DNA of 64,000 bases from the human T2T-CHM13v2.0 reference genome, Homo sapiens: the NCBI RefSeq assembly GCF_009914755.1, contig NC_060926.1. One strand, given 5' to 3'. Positions 63,392 through 64,000 of this stretch are shown here, piece after piece (the first letter of the stretch is position 1; each line of letters begins with the position of its first letter). The position numbers were made by a program, and so were the translations under genes. The notes below the pieces were generated by a model, which worked only from the letters and a program-made list of their open reading frames with translations, searched no databases and was not told where the DNA came from.

Positions 63392-64000
63392 CATTCTCAG
63401 AAGCTTCATTGGGTTGTTTCAATTGAAGTCACAGTGTTGAACAGTTCCTTTCATAGAACAGGTTTGAAACACTCTTTTTGTAGTATCTGGAAGTGGACAT
63501 TTGGAGGGCTCTCAGGACTATGGTGAAAAAGGAAATATCTTCCAATAAAAGCTACATAGAAGCAATGTCAGAAACTTTTTCATGATGTATCTACTCAGCT
63601 AACAGAGGTGAACCTTTCCTTTGAGAGAGCAGTTTTGAAACACTCTTTTTGTGGAATCTGCAAGTGGATATTTGTCTAGCTTTGAGGATTTCGTTGGAAA
63701 CGGGATTACATATAAAAAGCAGACAGCAGCATTCCCAGTAACTTCTTTGTGATGTTTGCATTCAAGTCTGAGAGTTGAACATTCCCTTTCATAGAGCAGG
63801 TTTGAAACACTCTTTTTGAAGTATCTGGATGTGGACATTTGGAGCGCTTTCAGGCCTATGGTGAAAAAGGAAATATCTTCCCCTGAAAACTAGACAGAAG
63901 CATTCTCAGAAACTTATTTGTGATGTGCGCCCTCAACTAACAGTGTTGAACCTTTCTTTTGATAGAGCAGTTTTGAAACACTCTTTTTGTAATATCTGCA

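Larger units (their letters stand above)
1..64000 (+). repeat. Centromeric alpha satellite higher-order repeat array, dimeric A/B type (SF2, D1/D2-like), basic 680-bp tetramer; probably chromosome 2 D2Z1-type live array
   Basis: Head-to-tail 166-171-bp monomers throughout, starting cattctcagaa/cattcccagaa/caatgtcagaa. The CENP-B box tttcgttggaaacggga occurs in every second monomer and the pJalpha motif in the others. XbaI tctaga recurs mostly every 679-680 bp (20, 700, 1380...). The alphoid call is certain. The D2Z1/chr2 assignment rests on recalled knowledge of a 680-bp XbaI tetramer (confidence about 0.7; other SF2 arrays or a great ape are not excluded). Confidence 0.99.

Noticed and set aside
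216-63838. About 110 short ORFs (60-121 aa; MWNLQVDICLAL..., MQTSQRRFWECCC...)
   Set aside because: They are translations of the satellite, recurring with HOR periodicity. Many begin at GTG/TTG, and they are opened or closed at random by SNVs. They resemble no protein family I recognise.
1-64000. CRISPR-like or other repeat-spacer system
   Set aside because: There are no unique spacers; all sequence between conserved motifs is itself tandemly repeated, and there are no associated genes.
1-64000. Transposon insertion (Alu/L1), inversion or non-alphoid island
   Set aside because: None was seen. Every XbaI interval is accounted for by whole monomers within 2 bp, all in one orientation, with no poly(A) tails or target-site duplications.

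Overview
The whole 64-kb window is one uninterrupted, single-orientation array of primate centromeric alpha satellite, most likely human. A-type monomers (pJalpha box) alternate with B-type monomers (CENP-B box), as in suprachromosomal family 2 (D1/D2). The basic higher-order repeat (HOR) is a 680-bp tetramer: m1 171 bp 'cattctcagaagcttcattggg', m2 167 bp 'caatgtcagaaactttttcatg', m3 171 bp 'cattcccagaaacttctttg', m4 171 bp 'cattctcagaatcttatttg'. It has one XbaI site per unit, which best fits the chromosome 2 D2Z1-type array (from recall, not checked by alignment). I found no genes, RNA genes, transposon insertions, inversions or CRISPR arrays. All ORFs in the track are repeat artefacts, and I see no new gene-based system. 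The interest is structural. There are four layered sub-domains (hybrid 8-mer; 4/6-mer mix; SNV-defined multimers; hybrid 8-mer again). Hybrid monomers show several distinct breakpoints, and there are many local and long-range duplications. CENP-B-box integrity follows a strong gradient. One complex rearrangement at 61.3-62.9 kb breaks the A/B alternation (851-bp 5-mer, 513-bp CENP-B box gap). All counts and breakpoints were read by eye and need computational confirmation.
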